NCBI GenBank assembly: GCA_963594125.1
Contig: CAVBCV010000003.1
Location: 22,797 to 86,796 of the forward strand
Reading direction: 5' to 3'
Origin: Lachnospiraceae bacterium
GTDB taxonomy: Bacteria > Pseudomonadota > Alphaproteobacteria > RF32 > CAG-239
DNA: 64,000 bases
Position 1 is the stretch's first letter. The number at the start of each line of letters is the position of its first letter. Shown here one piece after another: positions 8,471 through 18,159 of this stretch. A model generated the notes under the pieces. It worked only from the letters and a program-made list of their open reading frames with translations, was not told the DNA's origin and made no database searches. The position numbers and the translations under genes were made by a program.

Positions 8471-10210
8471 TTAATTTGCTTTGAGCATAACTTCAGGTGA
8501 TTCTATGCCAAGCAAATACAGCAGTTTTTTGAGCATATCGCGCACAATTGTGGCAAGTTTTAAGCGCGAGGCGGCAATTTGTTTGTCTTCTGCCGTCATA
8601 ATCGGGCAGGTGTTGTAAAAATTGCTGAATACTTGCGCCAAAGTGTAAACATAATCGGTAATAATGCTGGTTTCTTTGCCGGCGTGGGCGCGCATAATCA
8701 CATTTTCAAACTGAGCAAGTTTGAGAGCTAAATTGCGCTCGTCATCACTTTCAATGATAATGTTTCCGGCTTTTAATCCGGCGGCATCGGCCTTACGCAG
8801 AATGGAGTTAATCCGCGCAATGGCATATTGAATATAAGGACCGGTTTTGCCGTCAAATTTAGCAAAGTCTTCCAAATCAAAGGTGTAACCGGAAGCGATG
8901 TTATTTTTTAGATCTTGAAACTTAATGGCGCCGATGGCAACTTGACTGACAAGTTTTTCAATTTCGGCTTTGCCATAACCGGCAACCTCATCAGGCTTGG
9001 GCATAGACTGGCGGACTTTATCTTTGCTCATGGCAATTAAATCCGCAAGGTTCATCACGCCGCCGTCGCGGGTTTTGAAAGGCTTGCCGTCAGCGCCGTT
9101 GACCGTGCCAAAGCCGATATGTTCAAGTTTAACATCGGGGGCAATGCCCAACATTTCAGCAACTTTAAAAACTTGTTCAAAGTGCAGAGACTGGCGCTTA
9201 TCAACCACGTAAATAATTTCATCGGCTTTGAGGTCATCGCAGCGCATTTTTATGGTGGCAATATCAGTTACCTGATAGCCGAAGCCGCCGTCTGACTTAA
9301 CCAAAATTACCGGCGGCATTGGTTTGTTGCTCTCCGGCAGGCGGATAATGGTGGCGCCGTCGTCAACCTCAGACAAGCCTTTTTCTTGGGCGATTTTTAC
9401 AATTTCAGCGCAAGTATTATGGGCGTCGCTTTCGCCGAGTAATAAGTCAAAATGTGCGCTGAGCTCGTCATAATTTTCTTTAACCGCGGCAACCGAAACG
9501 CTGCGCAAATGCTGCCATGCCTTGCGGTACTCAGAGTTGCCGTTTTGCAGCTCGGCCGTAATGCGGCGGGCATCTTCTTTAGCGGCTTCGTCTTCTTTGC
9601 AGCGAATATTGGCTTGCTTATAAAATGATGAAATTTGCTCAATATCATAAGTTTCGGCTTTAGATAAGTCACCGTCATGGCGGATAATTTCAGCCAATAT
9701 CATACCCATCGGGGTGCCCCAATCGCCAAAATGAATATCCGAGATAACGTTATTGCCAATAAACAATTCAATCCGGCGGATAGCTTCGCCGATAACGGCT
9801 GAGCGCAAGTGTCCGACATGCAGAGATTTTGCCACATTCGGGCCGCCAAAATCCATAACAACTTTGGCAGGATTCGCAATTTTGCCGCAGCCGAAACGCT
9901 CGTCTTTTGCCATATTATCAAGCACTTCGCCGATAAAGCTATTATTGAGCTTTAAATTTATAAAACCAGGGCCGTCTATGGAAACGGCGGCAATATCGGC
10001 ATCATTTTGCAGCTCATTTACAATAGCTTGCGCAATTTCGCGCGGATTTTTATGCAAAATTTTAGCCTGAGCCAAAGCCCCGTTGCACTGAAAATCGCTC
10101 AAGTCAGGGCGGTCAGATGGTTTTACCGCGGCAAAACGCGGGTCTAAGTTAAGTTTGTTAAAAATATTGTTGAGTTTTTGATTAAGTGATTTTTCAATAG
10201 ATAAAGTCAT
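8471..10210 (-). CDS. argS: Arginine--tRNA ligase
   Basis: 579 aa. Class I HIGH motif as HVGHLRS, ArgRS N-terminal domain, and a DALR-type anticodon-binding C-terminus. Confidence 0.95.
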   Translation of the reverse strand: MTLSIEKSLNQKLNNIFNKLNLDPRFAAVKPSDRPDLSDFQCNGALAQAKILHKNPREIAQAIVNELQNDADIAAVSIDGPGFINLKLNNSFIGEVLDNMAKDERFGCGKIANPAKVVMDFGGPNVAKSLHVGHLRSAVIGEAIRRIELFIGNNVISDIHFGDWGTPMGMILAEIIRHDGDLSKAETYDIEQISSFYKQANIRCKEDEAAKEDARRITAELQNGNSEYRKAWQHLRSVSVAAVKENYDELSAHFDLLLGESDAHNTCAEIVKIAQEKGLSEVDDGATIIRLPESNKPMPPVILVKSDGGFGYQVTDIATIKMRCDDLKADEIIYVVDKRQSLHFEQVFKVAEMLGIAPDVKLEHIGFGTVNGADGKPFKTRDGGVMNLADLIAMSKDKVRQSMPKPDEVAGYGKAEIEKLVSQVAIGAIKFQDLKNNIASGYTFDLEDFAKFDGKTGPYIQYAIARINSILRKADAAGLKAGNIIIESDDERNLALKLAQFENVIMRAHAGKETSIITDYVYTLAQVFSNFYNTCPIMTAEDKQIAASRLKLATIVRDMLKKLLYLLGIESPEVMLKAN

Positions 10211-10222
10211 TTTTTGTTCCTG

Positions 10223-10579
10223 TTATTTAACGCATTTGAAATAAGCATGAGAGGGCAGCACAAGTTTGCAGCTGAAATGAGTGGTGTTTACTTTTTGGGC
10301 ATGAGAGCCGGTGTTGTTTTTAACGCACTCGTCATCGGCAAGCTTTTGCAATTCGTCCTCGGTTGTCCATAAACCATTGTAGCAAACCGCCGGAGCTTCC
10401 GGTTTTGATTTGCCTACATACAGGCGGCTGATATCCTGCGCGCCGGCATTTCGTCGTCGGTCAATAAAAGGCTCAAACAGCGAGCAGGCGGTTAAACTTA
10501 CTAAAAATAAAGTTGCAGTAATGATTTTTATACTGGACAATTTTAAAAACTCCATTACATTAAATTCAAATTGTTTCAA
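10223..10579 (-). CDS. Small lipoprotein, unknown function
   Basis: Signal peptide with lipobox SLTAC. The real start is probably the internal ATG at 10555. Confidence 0.55.
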   Translation of the reverse strand: MKQFEFNVMEFLKLSSIKIITATLFLVSLTACSLFEPFIDRRRNAGAQDISRLYVGKSKPEAPAVCYNGLWTTEDELQKLADDECVKNNTGSHAQKVNTTHFSCKLVLPSHAYFKCVK

Positions 10580-10604
10580 CCATATTATACAAAGAAGTTT
10601 TTAA

Positions 10605-11210
10605 ATGCAAAGCGAAAATGAATATATTGGCGATGATAAGTTCAAAAAATTTTTGGAACATTACCAATGCCCAACAACTTTAGACGTGGTTAAGATGAAA
10701 TTTGCCGGCGCAATATGCAGCCCTAACCTGGAGCTGCGTCCGACTGACGTTATTTCATCATTTTGGCCGGAAAATGAACAACCAAGGCTTGAAACCAAAA
10801 AAGAAGCGGAGTTGTTCTTTAAGTTTTTTATGGGGCTGTGGGATGAAATGTTTGATTTGGTCAAGCTAAATAAAGTCAGCTTACCGACCTTTAGCAAAGC
10901 AGAAAAAGCCAATCTGCCGCTTTGGTGCCAAAAGCGCTATGAGCAACTTGAACTCGGCTATTTGGAAGGCTTTTGGGGTGGATGCGATGACTTAAAACTT
11001 CCGGCTTATATTGCGGAGATTGCCGATTCTTTATCGGAACTGGCTGATTTGTATCCGGTACTTGCTAAGCGCGCTTTTGCCGGTGATGACAGCTCAGAGA
11101 TTAACAAAACGCTTGCCCATACCGATAAAATGGTGGAGCGGGCTATTCATTTTATTATTGAAAACTCGGTTTTGCCGCGTATCAGTTCGTTACAGCGCAA
11201 AACTAATTAA
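10605..11210 (+). CDS. Hypothetical protein, possibly UPF0149/YgfB-YecA-like
   Basis: 201 aa. The FAGAICSPNL..P..VISSFW pattern resembles UPF0149 proteins. This is a weak call. Confidence 0.45.
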   Translation: MQSENEYIGDDKFKKFLEHYQCPTTLDVVKMKFAGAICSPNLELRPTDVISSFWPENEQPRLETKKEAELFFKFFMGLWDEMFDLVKLNKVSLPTFSKAEKANLPLWCQKRYEQLELGYLEGFWGGCDDLKLPAYIAEIADSLSELADLYPVLAKRAFAGDDSSEINKTLAHTDKMVERAIHFIIENSVLPRISSLQRKTN

Positions 11211-11221
11211 CGGAGGTAAAA

Positions 11222-11758
11222 ATGGACGCATTAGAATGTATTTTAACCAGACGTTCGGTCAGACAATTTGATAACACTAAACAAATTCCACACGCTGATA
11301 TTGAAGAGCTGTTAAAAGCCGCTTCATACGCGCCTTCAGCTCATAATAAACAGCCGTGGCATTTTGTGGTAATTGAAGATAAAGAGGTGATTAAAGGGTT
11401 TAGGCAAATTCAGCCATGGACGAGCTTTGCCAAAGACGCATCATGCGTGATTGTTATTTGCGCCGATATGGAAGTTGCGTTTCATCGCGAAAAAGAAGAT
11501 GAAAAGTGGAGCTTTGCCGATATTGACTGCTCGCTTGCGGCGCAAAATTTGCTACTTGCCTGCCACGCTAAAGGCTTGGGCGCTTGTTTTTGCGGAGTAG
11601 CGCCGATGCCCGCGGTTATGGAAGGGCTTAAACATTATCTTGATTTACCGGAAAATATTCGTCCGCTTACCATTATTCCGGTCGGCTATCCGCTTGAAGA
11701 GCCAAAGCAGCCAGATAACAGATATAATCCCGATAAAGTTCATTGGGAACAGTGGTAA
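11222..11758 (+). CDS. Nitroreductase family protein
   Basis: 178 aa. Contains LTRRSVRQF and APSAHNKQPWHFVVI. GGAGG SD sequence. Confidence 0.85.
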   Translation: MDALECILTRRSVRQFDNTKQIPHADIEELLKAASYAPSAHNKQPWHFVVIEDKEVIKGFRQIQPWTSFAKDASCVIVICADMEVAFHREKEDEKWSFADIDCSLAAQNLLLACHAKGLGACFCGVAPMPAVMEGLKHYLDLPENIRPLTIIPVGYPLEEPKQPDNRYNPDKVHWEQW

Positions 11759-12211
11759 TTATTGCGCTTGTTCTTTAAATTTTAAGGCCTGCTGACGGGC
11801 GAGGGCGTCTACTCGCTCGTTTTCAGGGTGTCCGTTGTGACCTTTAACCCATACCCACCTGATTTCATGCGGTTTAATCAATTCATCAAGTTTAGTCCAT
11901 AAATCAACGTTTTTAACATCGCTCTTTTTATTGGCGGTTTTCCAGTTGTTGCGCTTCCAGTTTGGCAGCCACTCGTTAATGCCGTTCATTACATACTTGC
12001 TGTCAGTGTACAAGGTTATGTTGCAAACAGTTTTTAAGGCTTTTAACGCCTCAATTACCGCGGTTAATTCCATGCGGTTGTTGGTGGTATTGGCTTCGCC
12101 GCCGCTTAATTCTTTTTCAATATCTTTATGGCGTAATATAACGCCCCAACCACCGGCTCCGGGGTTGCCGGAACAAGCTCCATCAGTAAAAATTTCAACT
12201 CGTGCCGCCAT
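11759..12211 (-). CDS. rnhA: Ribonuclease HI
   Basis: 150 aa. Contains [33 protein letters not shown] and [15 protein letters not shown]. Confidence 0.95.
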   Translation of the reverse strand: MAARVEIFTDGACSGNPGAGGWGVILRHKDIEKELSGGEANTTNNRMELTAVIEALKALKTVCNITLYTDSKYVMNGINEWLPNWKRNNWKTANKKSDVKNVDLWTKLDELIKPHEIRWVWVKGHNGHPENERVDALARQQALKFKEQAQ

Positions 12212-12212
12212 G

Positions 12213-13277
12213 TTATTCGCTCTTCAAATACTCAGTAAAAAATTCGGTCAGCAGGCTTTCTTGCTCGTCTTCTTCGCGCAGAGCCTTAGCCACAAAAGAA
12301 CGCAGCTGATTTTTCGGAATAAAAATTCTGAAATCTTTGGGGACGGCTCCTTCCGCGCCGATAACGCCGTTAATGCACAAATCTTCTTCAATATAGGGCG
12401 ATAAAATTATCTGCACATTGGCAAATTTGAGCATACCGCGTGGGGGCAAGCGCAATTCGGGACGGGTAATTAAGTTGGTATGCCCGCTGATACCGGTTAA
12501 AGCATCCATTTGACTGTAATTTAAAAAGCGTACTTTGTTATATTCGCTGCCGGTAGATTCGGTGGTGCATGATAAATAAATTTCACGCGCTAAAGCGTTG
12601 CTTTGGTTATGCGCCTGAATTGAAAAGCCGATTTTAACATATTTTTCAGGCGGATTATCAATAGTTTTGGGGTAAAGCATATCTTCATCGGCGTTTTCTA
12701 AAATTTCAAGCGATTTATCTTTTAAGTCTAACTCAATATTAGGCTGCGGACGCTTGCCGAACATGCCGGCAATTACCGCGTATGGCGCCGGAACATTGTT
12801 AGAGCCGGAGCGAATGTAAATAGTGCTGTTGCCGGTGGTCATCAGCGGGGTTATCTCAGATTTAGGGATATAGGTGGCAATAAAGCCGTTGCCCTCCGCG
12901 TCAGAGCTGATAATATGGTTGCGGACTTTGTTGTGGCTCGGAATGGTGCAGCCGGATATGGCGCTTTCAAGCCAGCTTAAAAAGCGATGCACATTTTGGA
13001 CTTTAACTTTGGCTTTAGCGACATCGCCGATTTCAGTATCGCGGGAGCATTCAACACCCCAAATGACAACGCCGCCTTCAGAATTACCGAATCCGGAAAT
13101 AGCTTTAGCCAAATTTTTGCGGTCGTCACGGTGCAGGGTGTTAAAGTTTTTACCGGTTGAAACCGCTTGCTTAAAATCAAGGAACAACTCCTCGCTTTGC
13201 CGAGTTAAAATAAACTCATCAATGGCGTCTTCGCCAAAATAAATAAGTTTTTGAAAAATATCTTCCGCACGTGACAT
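12213..13277 (-). CDS. AlbA_2 / Schlafen-like domain protein with unknown C-terminal domain
   Basis: The N-terminal 170 aa match the AlbA_2 pattern: [29 protein letters not shown], and [12 protein letters not shown]. Its stop codon lies 1 nt from the rnhA start. Confidence 0.7.
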   Translation of the reverse strand: MSRAEDIFQKLIYFGEDAIDEFILTRQSEELFLDFKQAVSTGKNFNTLHRDDRKNLAKAISGFGNSEGGVVIWGVECSRDTEIGDVAKAKVKVQNVHRFLSWLESAISGCTIPSHNKVRNHIISSDAEGNGFIATYIPKSEITPLMTTGNSTIYIRSGSNNVPAPYAVIAGMFGKRPQPNIELDLKDKSLEILENADEDMLYPKTIDNPPEKYVKIGFSIQAHNQSNALAREIYLSCTTESTGSEYNKVRFLNYSQMDALTGISGHTNLITRPELRLPPRGMLKFANVQIILSPYIEEDLCINGVIGAEGAVPKDFRIFIPKNQLRSFVAKALREEDEQESLLTEFFTEYLKSE

Positions 13278-13337
13278 AGCGCAATCTCCGGTTTGTTAAA
13301 TTTAAACCGAATTTAACACAATTTGGATAACAAAGCC

Positions 13338-14600
13338 TTAAAATTGTAAATATTTTTGCAAGCGCTCATAATCAGGATATTCTTTTATATCGCCAAGCAA
13401 AGCATAAGTCGGCTTTGATGTAAACAGCATTTGCGCCGCTTTTTGAATATCATCGGCAGTTACCGCGTCAATATGCGCAACAATTTCATTAACCGGAATA
13501 ACGCGATTATACAAAAGCATTTGGCGGGCAATAACTTCGGCGGTTGCCGATGAGCTTTCAAGCGCCATTAACATACTGGCTTTGAGCTGTACTTTAGCAC
13601 GGTTGATTTCAGCCTCAGTAACCTTGTTTTGCACCACTTTTTTAATTTCGTCCGCCATTACCGGAATAATCTGATTGATTTCAGAGCCTGATAATCCGGC
13701 ATAAATGCCAAACAGACCGTTAGCGGTGTGCGAGTTGGTAAAGCTGTAAACGGTATATACCAAGCCTCTTTTTTCACGAATTTCCTGGAACAGGCGCGAG
13801 GACATACCGCCGCCGAACAAGGTTGAAAATACTGAAATCGGGTAATACATCGGGTTAAAATATTCAACGCCTTTAAATCCGACTAAAACATGAGCCTGCT
13901 CAATGTTGCGTTTTTCAGTATAAAAGCCGCCCTCATAAACTTGCGGAGCGGGCGTAAAGAGCTTTTTAGCCCTGAAACCGGCAAGACGGTCTTCAACCAT
14001 TTTAACAAACGCATCATGATTTAAGTTGCCGACCGCAACCACCATCATATTTTCAGCCGCATAATTGCGCTGCATGTAACCGCGTAAATCATCGGCGGTA
14101 AAAGCGCGGACTTTTTCGGCCGGACCTAAAATGGTGCGCCCCAAAGGCTGATTAGGGAAGGCTTTTTCTTGAAAATAATCAAAAATTACATCATCAGGGG
14201 TGTCGTTGCCTTGCTTAATTTCCTGCACCACAACTTCTTTTTCTTTAACCATTTCATCAGCCGGAAATGTCGGGTTTGCCACAAAATCAGCAATTACATC
14301 AAGCGCAAGTTCTAAGTCATTTTTAAGCATTTTAGCGTAAAACGCGGTAAATTCACGCGAGGTATAGGCATTGTTTTGTCCGCCGACGTTTTCAATTTCT
14401 TCCGAAATTTGCAAAGAGGTGCGCTTTTTAGTGCCCTTAAACACCATATGCTCAACAAAGTGCGAAATACCGTTAATATCTTCTGTTTCATATGCGGAAC
14501 CGGTATTTACCCAAATACCTAATGATACTGTTTCATTTTGCGGGCGCTCTGATGTTACAATGCGGAGCCCGTTGCTTAATATGGTTTGTTTTGTTTGCAT
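13338..14600 (-). CDS. M16 family zinc metallopeptidase (pitrilysin-like)
   Basis: 420 aa. Inverted zinc motif HFVEHMVFKGT (HxxEH). Confidence 0.9.
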   Translation of the reverse strand: MQTKQTILSNGLRIVTSERPQNETVSLGIWVNTGSAYETEDINGISHFVEHMVFKGTKKRTSLQISEEIENVGGQNNAYTSREFTAFYAKMLKNDLELALDVIADFVANPTFPADEMVKEKEVVVQEIKQGNDTPDDVIFDYFQEKAFPNQPLGRTILGPAEKVRAFTADDLRGYMQRNYAAENMMVVAVGNLNHDAFVKMVEDRLAGFRAKKLFTPAPQVYEGGFYTEKRNIEQAHVLVGFKGVEYFNPMYYPISVFSTLFGGGMSSRLFQEIREKRGLVYTVYSFTNSHTANGLFGIYAGLSGSEINQIIPVMADEIKKVVQNKVTEAEINRAKVQLKASMLMALESSSATAEVIARQMLLYNRVIPVNEIVAHIDAVTADDIQKAAQMLFTSKPTYALLGDIKEYPDYERLQKYLQF

Positions 14601-14691
14601 TTTTACCCTTTACTTAAAAATCTAAATTGACAGTATTATATCGTGCGTATAACATAAATCAACAATAATCGTATAAAACAGGAGTTTTAAT

Positions 14692-15357
14692 ATGCATAAA
14701 AATTGTAAATTTGCCGTGGTGCTTTCAGGTTGCGGCAGAGCCGACGGTTCGGAAATTCATGAGGCAACCTGCGCGTTGCTTGCTATCAGTAATGCAGGCT
14801 GTACCTATCAATGCTTTGCGCCGGATATGGAGCAAGCCACGGTAGTTAATCACTTAACCGGTAAAAGAACCGACGAACATCGCAATGTGCTGATAGAATC
14901 GGCGCGTATTGCCCGCGGCAACATTAAAAACCTGAACGAATTTAAGCCGGAAGACTATGACGCCGTAATTTTTATCGGCGGGGTCGGAGCTATTACTAAC
15001 TGGTGCGATTTTGCCGTTAAAGCCGATAATTGCACGGTTGAGCCGTCAGTTTATAATGCGGTTATGAATAGCTATAAAAACGGCACGGCAATCGGGGCGA
15101 TGTGCATTGCTCCGGTGTTGATTGCCAAAGTTTTGGGCGGCGAGGGCGTTTGCGTTACTATCGGTAATGACGAGGAAGTGGCAAACTTAATTGCCGCTAT
15201 GGGCGCCAAACATCAAAACTGCGCGGTTACTGAAGCTTGCGTTGATAAAAAATGCAAAGTTGTAACCACTCCGGCTTATATGCTCGCCGCTTCAATTTCA
15301 GAAGTTGCGCAAGGGGCTCAAAATATGGTAAAGGAAATACTTAATTTAGTAAAATAA
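14692..15357 (+). CDS. elbB: ElbB-like DJ-1/PfpI family protein (glyoxalase III-like)
   Basis: 221 aa. Contains AVVLSGCGRADGSEIHE and the NH..G...RNVL.ESARIARG pattern typical of ElbB. Confidence 0.8.
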   Translation: MHKNCKFAVVLSGCGRADGSEIHEATCALLAISNAGCTYQCFAPDMEQATVVNHLTGKRTDEHRNVLIESARIARGNIKNLNEFKPEDYDAVIFIGGVGAITNWCDFAVKADNCTVEPSVYNAVMNSYKNGTAIGAMCIAPVLIAKVLGGEGVCVTIGNDEEVANLIAAMGAKHQNCAVTEACVDKKCKVVTTPAYMLAASISEVAQGAQNMVKEILNLVK

Positions 15358-15371
15358 CGGACTAGAATATT

Positions 15372-16091
15372 ATGCGTTTGGTTGACACTCATATCCACTT
15401 GCAAGATTTTGATATACCGGCGGAAGAAGTTGTTGGTCTTTTGCAACAAAACGGTATTGATAAGTGTGTTTGCATTTCTGCTACGGAAGATGATTGGGAA
15501 AAAGTCGGCGCTTTAGCGCAAAAGTTTCCGCAAACAGTGATACCGGCGTTTGCCATTCACCCATGGTATGCCCAAAGCGCAAAATCAGGCTGGCGCAACA
15601 GATTGGAACAAAAACTTAAAGATTTTCCGCAAGCTTTAATCGGCGAGTGCGGGCTAGACCTTTTAAAAGGAGCGGAAATATCGTTGCAACAAAAAGTGTT
15701 TGAAGAGCACATTGCTTTAGCCAAGCAATACCATCGCCCGCTTTTGCTGCATATGGTAAAAGCTTGGAATTTGTTAAATAATTATTGGAATGAACTGCCG
15801 CAACCGTTTGTTTTTCATTCATTTAACGGTAGCGCTGAACTCTTGCGCCAAATAATTAAGTATGGCGGACATATTGCGCTGAATGCCAAAATTTTGCAGA
15901 CAAAGCATGCAAAAGAGGTTATTAAAAATGCGCCTGAAAACAGGCTGTTGCTTGAAACAGACGCGCCTTATCAGAGCAAAATATCCGATTTGCCGCATTT
16001 GTGCGAAAAAATTGCTTTAATCCGCGGCGAAAGGGTTGAAGATTTGGCTGATAATGTTTATTATAACTCATTGAGGATTATAAATTTATGA
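15372..16091 (+). CDS. TatD family metal-dependent hydrolase
   Basis: 239 aa. Contains LVDTHIHL, GECGLD and LLLETDAPY. Confidence 0.85.
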   Translation: MRLVDTHIHLQDFDIPAEEVVGLLQQNGIDKCVCISATEDDWEKVGALAQKFPQTVIPAFAIHPWYAQSAKSGWRNRLEQKLKDFPQALIGECGLDLLKGAEISLQQKVFEEHIALAKQYHRPLLLHMVKAWNLLNNYWNELPQPFVFHSFNGSAELLRQIIKYGGHIALNAKILQTKHAKEVIKNAPENRLLLETDAPYQSKISDLPHLCEKIALIRGERVEDLADNVYYNSLRIINL

Positions 16092-16813
16092 ACGATAAAA
16101 GACTTATGCGCACCAAAGCGTTACTTGGTGAAAACGGGGTTAAAAATTTGCAAAATGCCACAGTTATGGTGTTTGGTCTTGGCGCCGTCGGCGGCTATGC
16201 GTTAGAAGGTTTGGCACGCGCCGGCATCGGGCATTTAATTTTGGTTGATTTTGATGTTTTTGACGAAAGCAATATCAACCGGCAGATTTTGGCGTTAAGC
16301 TCAACCATCGGCAAAAAGAAGACGGAAGCGGCTAAGCAAAGAGTTTTGGAAATTAATCCAGAATGTGATGTTGAACTTGAAGATACTTTTGTAAGTGACG
16401 AAAATATCGGCATTTTATTAAATCGCAAAATAGATTATGCGGTTGACGCAATAGATGTGCTAAAGTCAAAATGCTGTTTGATATATGAGCTTTATAAGCG
16501 GCAAATTCCGTTTGTCAGCTCAATGGGGGCAGCGCTTAAAACCGATGCCTCGTGCATTAAAACTGCCAAGCTCTCAGAAACGCTTAATTGTCCGATGGCG
16601 CGTTGTATCAGGCAAAACTTAAAAAAGCGCGGCGCTGATTTAAGCAAAATAGATTGCGTGTTTTCAGCAGAGCAATGTAATTTGCCGGAAGGGGCAATAA
16701 CTAAAAATCCTCAGGGCGGTAAAAATATTTTAGGTTCTCTGCCGACGATTACCGCCATTTTCGGCTTAACTATCGCCAATAAAATAATCGGAGATATTGC
16801 AAAAGGAAGGTAG
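16088..16813 (+). CDS. tcdA: tRNA threonylcarbamoyladenosine dehydratase (ThiF/E1-like)
   Basis: 241 aa. Contains VMVFGLGAVGGYALEGLARAGIGHLILVDFD.....NINRQ. ATGA overlap with the upstream gene. Confidence 0.8.
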   Translation: MNDKRLMRTKALLGENGVKNLQNATVMVFGLGAVGGYALEGLARAGIGHLILVDFDVFDESNINRQILALSSTIGKKKTEAAKQRVLEINPECDVELEDTFVSDENIGILLNRKIDYAVDAIDVLKSKCCLIYELYKRQIPFVSSMGAALKTDASCIKTAKLSETLNCPMARCIRQNLKKRGADLSKIDCVFSAEQCNLPEGAITKNPQGGKNILGSLPTITAIFGLTIANKIIGDIAKGR

Positions 16814-16816
16814 GCT

Positions 16817-18067
16817 ATGCAAAATAATTCGGCGGACTATAAGGACTATAAAATTAAAATTGTGGTACTTGGGCGCCGAAAATCAGGCAAAACCAGTTTT
16901 ATCAGCCTGATAACCGGCAAAAATGCCGATATTGAAGGCAAGCCTTCTGCACTTGCCGCCGGAACTTATGAAATTACACAGCAAATGTATCCGATAGGTT
17001 CGCTGCTATGGTTTGATACAATAGGTTTTGGCGGCGGCAATACCAACATAAAAAATCAGCTTGATAGTTTGGCGCCGGTGTTAAATGCCGCTGATGCTGC
17101 GGTTTTGGTTTGCGAAGGCGATAAAATCGGCAAAATTGAGCGCGCTTTAATTACCAATTTGGAACTTAAGAGAATTCCGCTGATTGTGGTTTTTAATAAA
17201 GCCGATACGCATCATATCGGCGATACGGTTGGCGCAATTGCCGTAAATTCAACCGATTTACTCTCTCGCGACAAAGTTTTGTCGGAGTTAAAAGAAGCTT
17301 TAATCAGAGTTTGTCCGGAGGATTTATTAGTGCCGCCGGTTTTGCTCGGTGATTTAGCGCCAAGCGGCGGGCTTGTTATCATGTTGGTTGCAGATGATTA
17401 TAAAGCGCCGCAAGGGCGCCTGATATTGCCGCAGGTACAGGCAATCCGCGATTGTATTAATCACCGGCAGTCTGTTTTAACCGTTACGGAAAAAGAATAT
17501 GCCAACACTTTGAAAAAACTTAAAACTCCGCCGGATTTAGTAATTTGTGATTCTGACTTGGTAACAACAATGGTCGCGCAAACACCGCCTTCAGTTAAAT
17601 GCACCACATTTGCGGTTTTGACCGCGCGTATGCAGGGCGACCTGCAGCAAATGACTTCCGGCGCTTTGGCGTTATGGAAACTTAAAGATGGCGATAAAGT
17701 GCTGATTGCCGAGCCGTTTAAGCCGGAGGAGCTGAAAGATGATGTCGCCACTATTCAAATTCCGCGGCAAATATCCGAAAAAACCGGCAAAGACTTAGTT
17801 ATTGACCATTTTTTCGGCTCAGATTGTCCGATTGGGCTTGAAAATTACAATTTAGTAGTACATCGCGGACTACATCTTTCCAGTCGGCGCGAATATTTGG
17901 CAGAACAAAGCAGATGCGCCAGGGCTAATGTTCCGCTGACTAATTACAGCGTTTGTATTTCAGAATTGAATGGCGCGCTTGAAACCATTTTGCGACCGTT
18001 TCCAAATACGTTGGAGCGCTATAAACGCCGCCGCGATGAAATTTTAGCGACGGGACGGCGATTATAA
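16817..18067 (+). CDS. Degenerate HydF-like GTPase paralog lacking the [4Fe-4S] ligands
   Basis: Colinear with the HydF downstream. P-loop GRRKSGKT, DTIG and NKAD are kept. ESCTHH is replaced by EPFKPE and QCGGCM by HRGLHL. Confidence 0.7.
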   Translation: MQNNSADYKDYKIKIVVLGRRKSGKTSFISLITGKNADIEGKPSALAAGTYEITQQMYPIGSLLWFDTIGFGGGNTNIKNQLDSLAPVLNAADAAVLVCEGDKIGKIERALITNLELKRIPLIVVFNKADTHHIGDTVGAIAVNSTDLLSRDKVLSELKEALIRVCPEDLLVPPVLLGDLAPSGGLVIMLVADDYKAPQGRLILPQVQAIRDCINHRQSVLTVTEKEYANTLKKLKTPPDLVICDSDLVTTMVAQTPPSVKCTTFAVLTARMQGDLQQMTSGALALWKLKDGDKVLIAEPFKPEELKDDVATIQIPRQISEKTGKDLVIDHFFGSDCPIGLENYNLVVHRGLHLSSRREYLAEQSRCARANVPLTNYSVCISELNGALETILRPFPNTLERYKRRRDEILATGRRL

Positions 18068-18159
18068 TTTGCAGACGTTGCATAAAATTACTGATGTTGT
18101 TGCGGATTTTATCTTTTGCGCTATTATTTGCTATATTTTACTTTAATAAGGATACTTAA

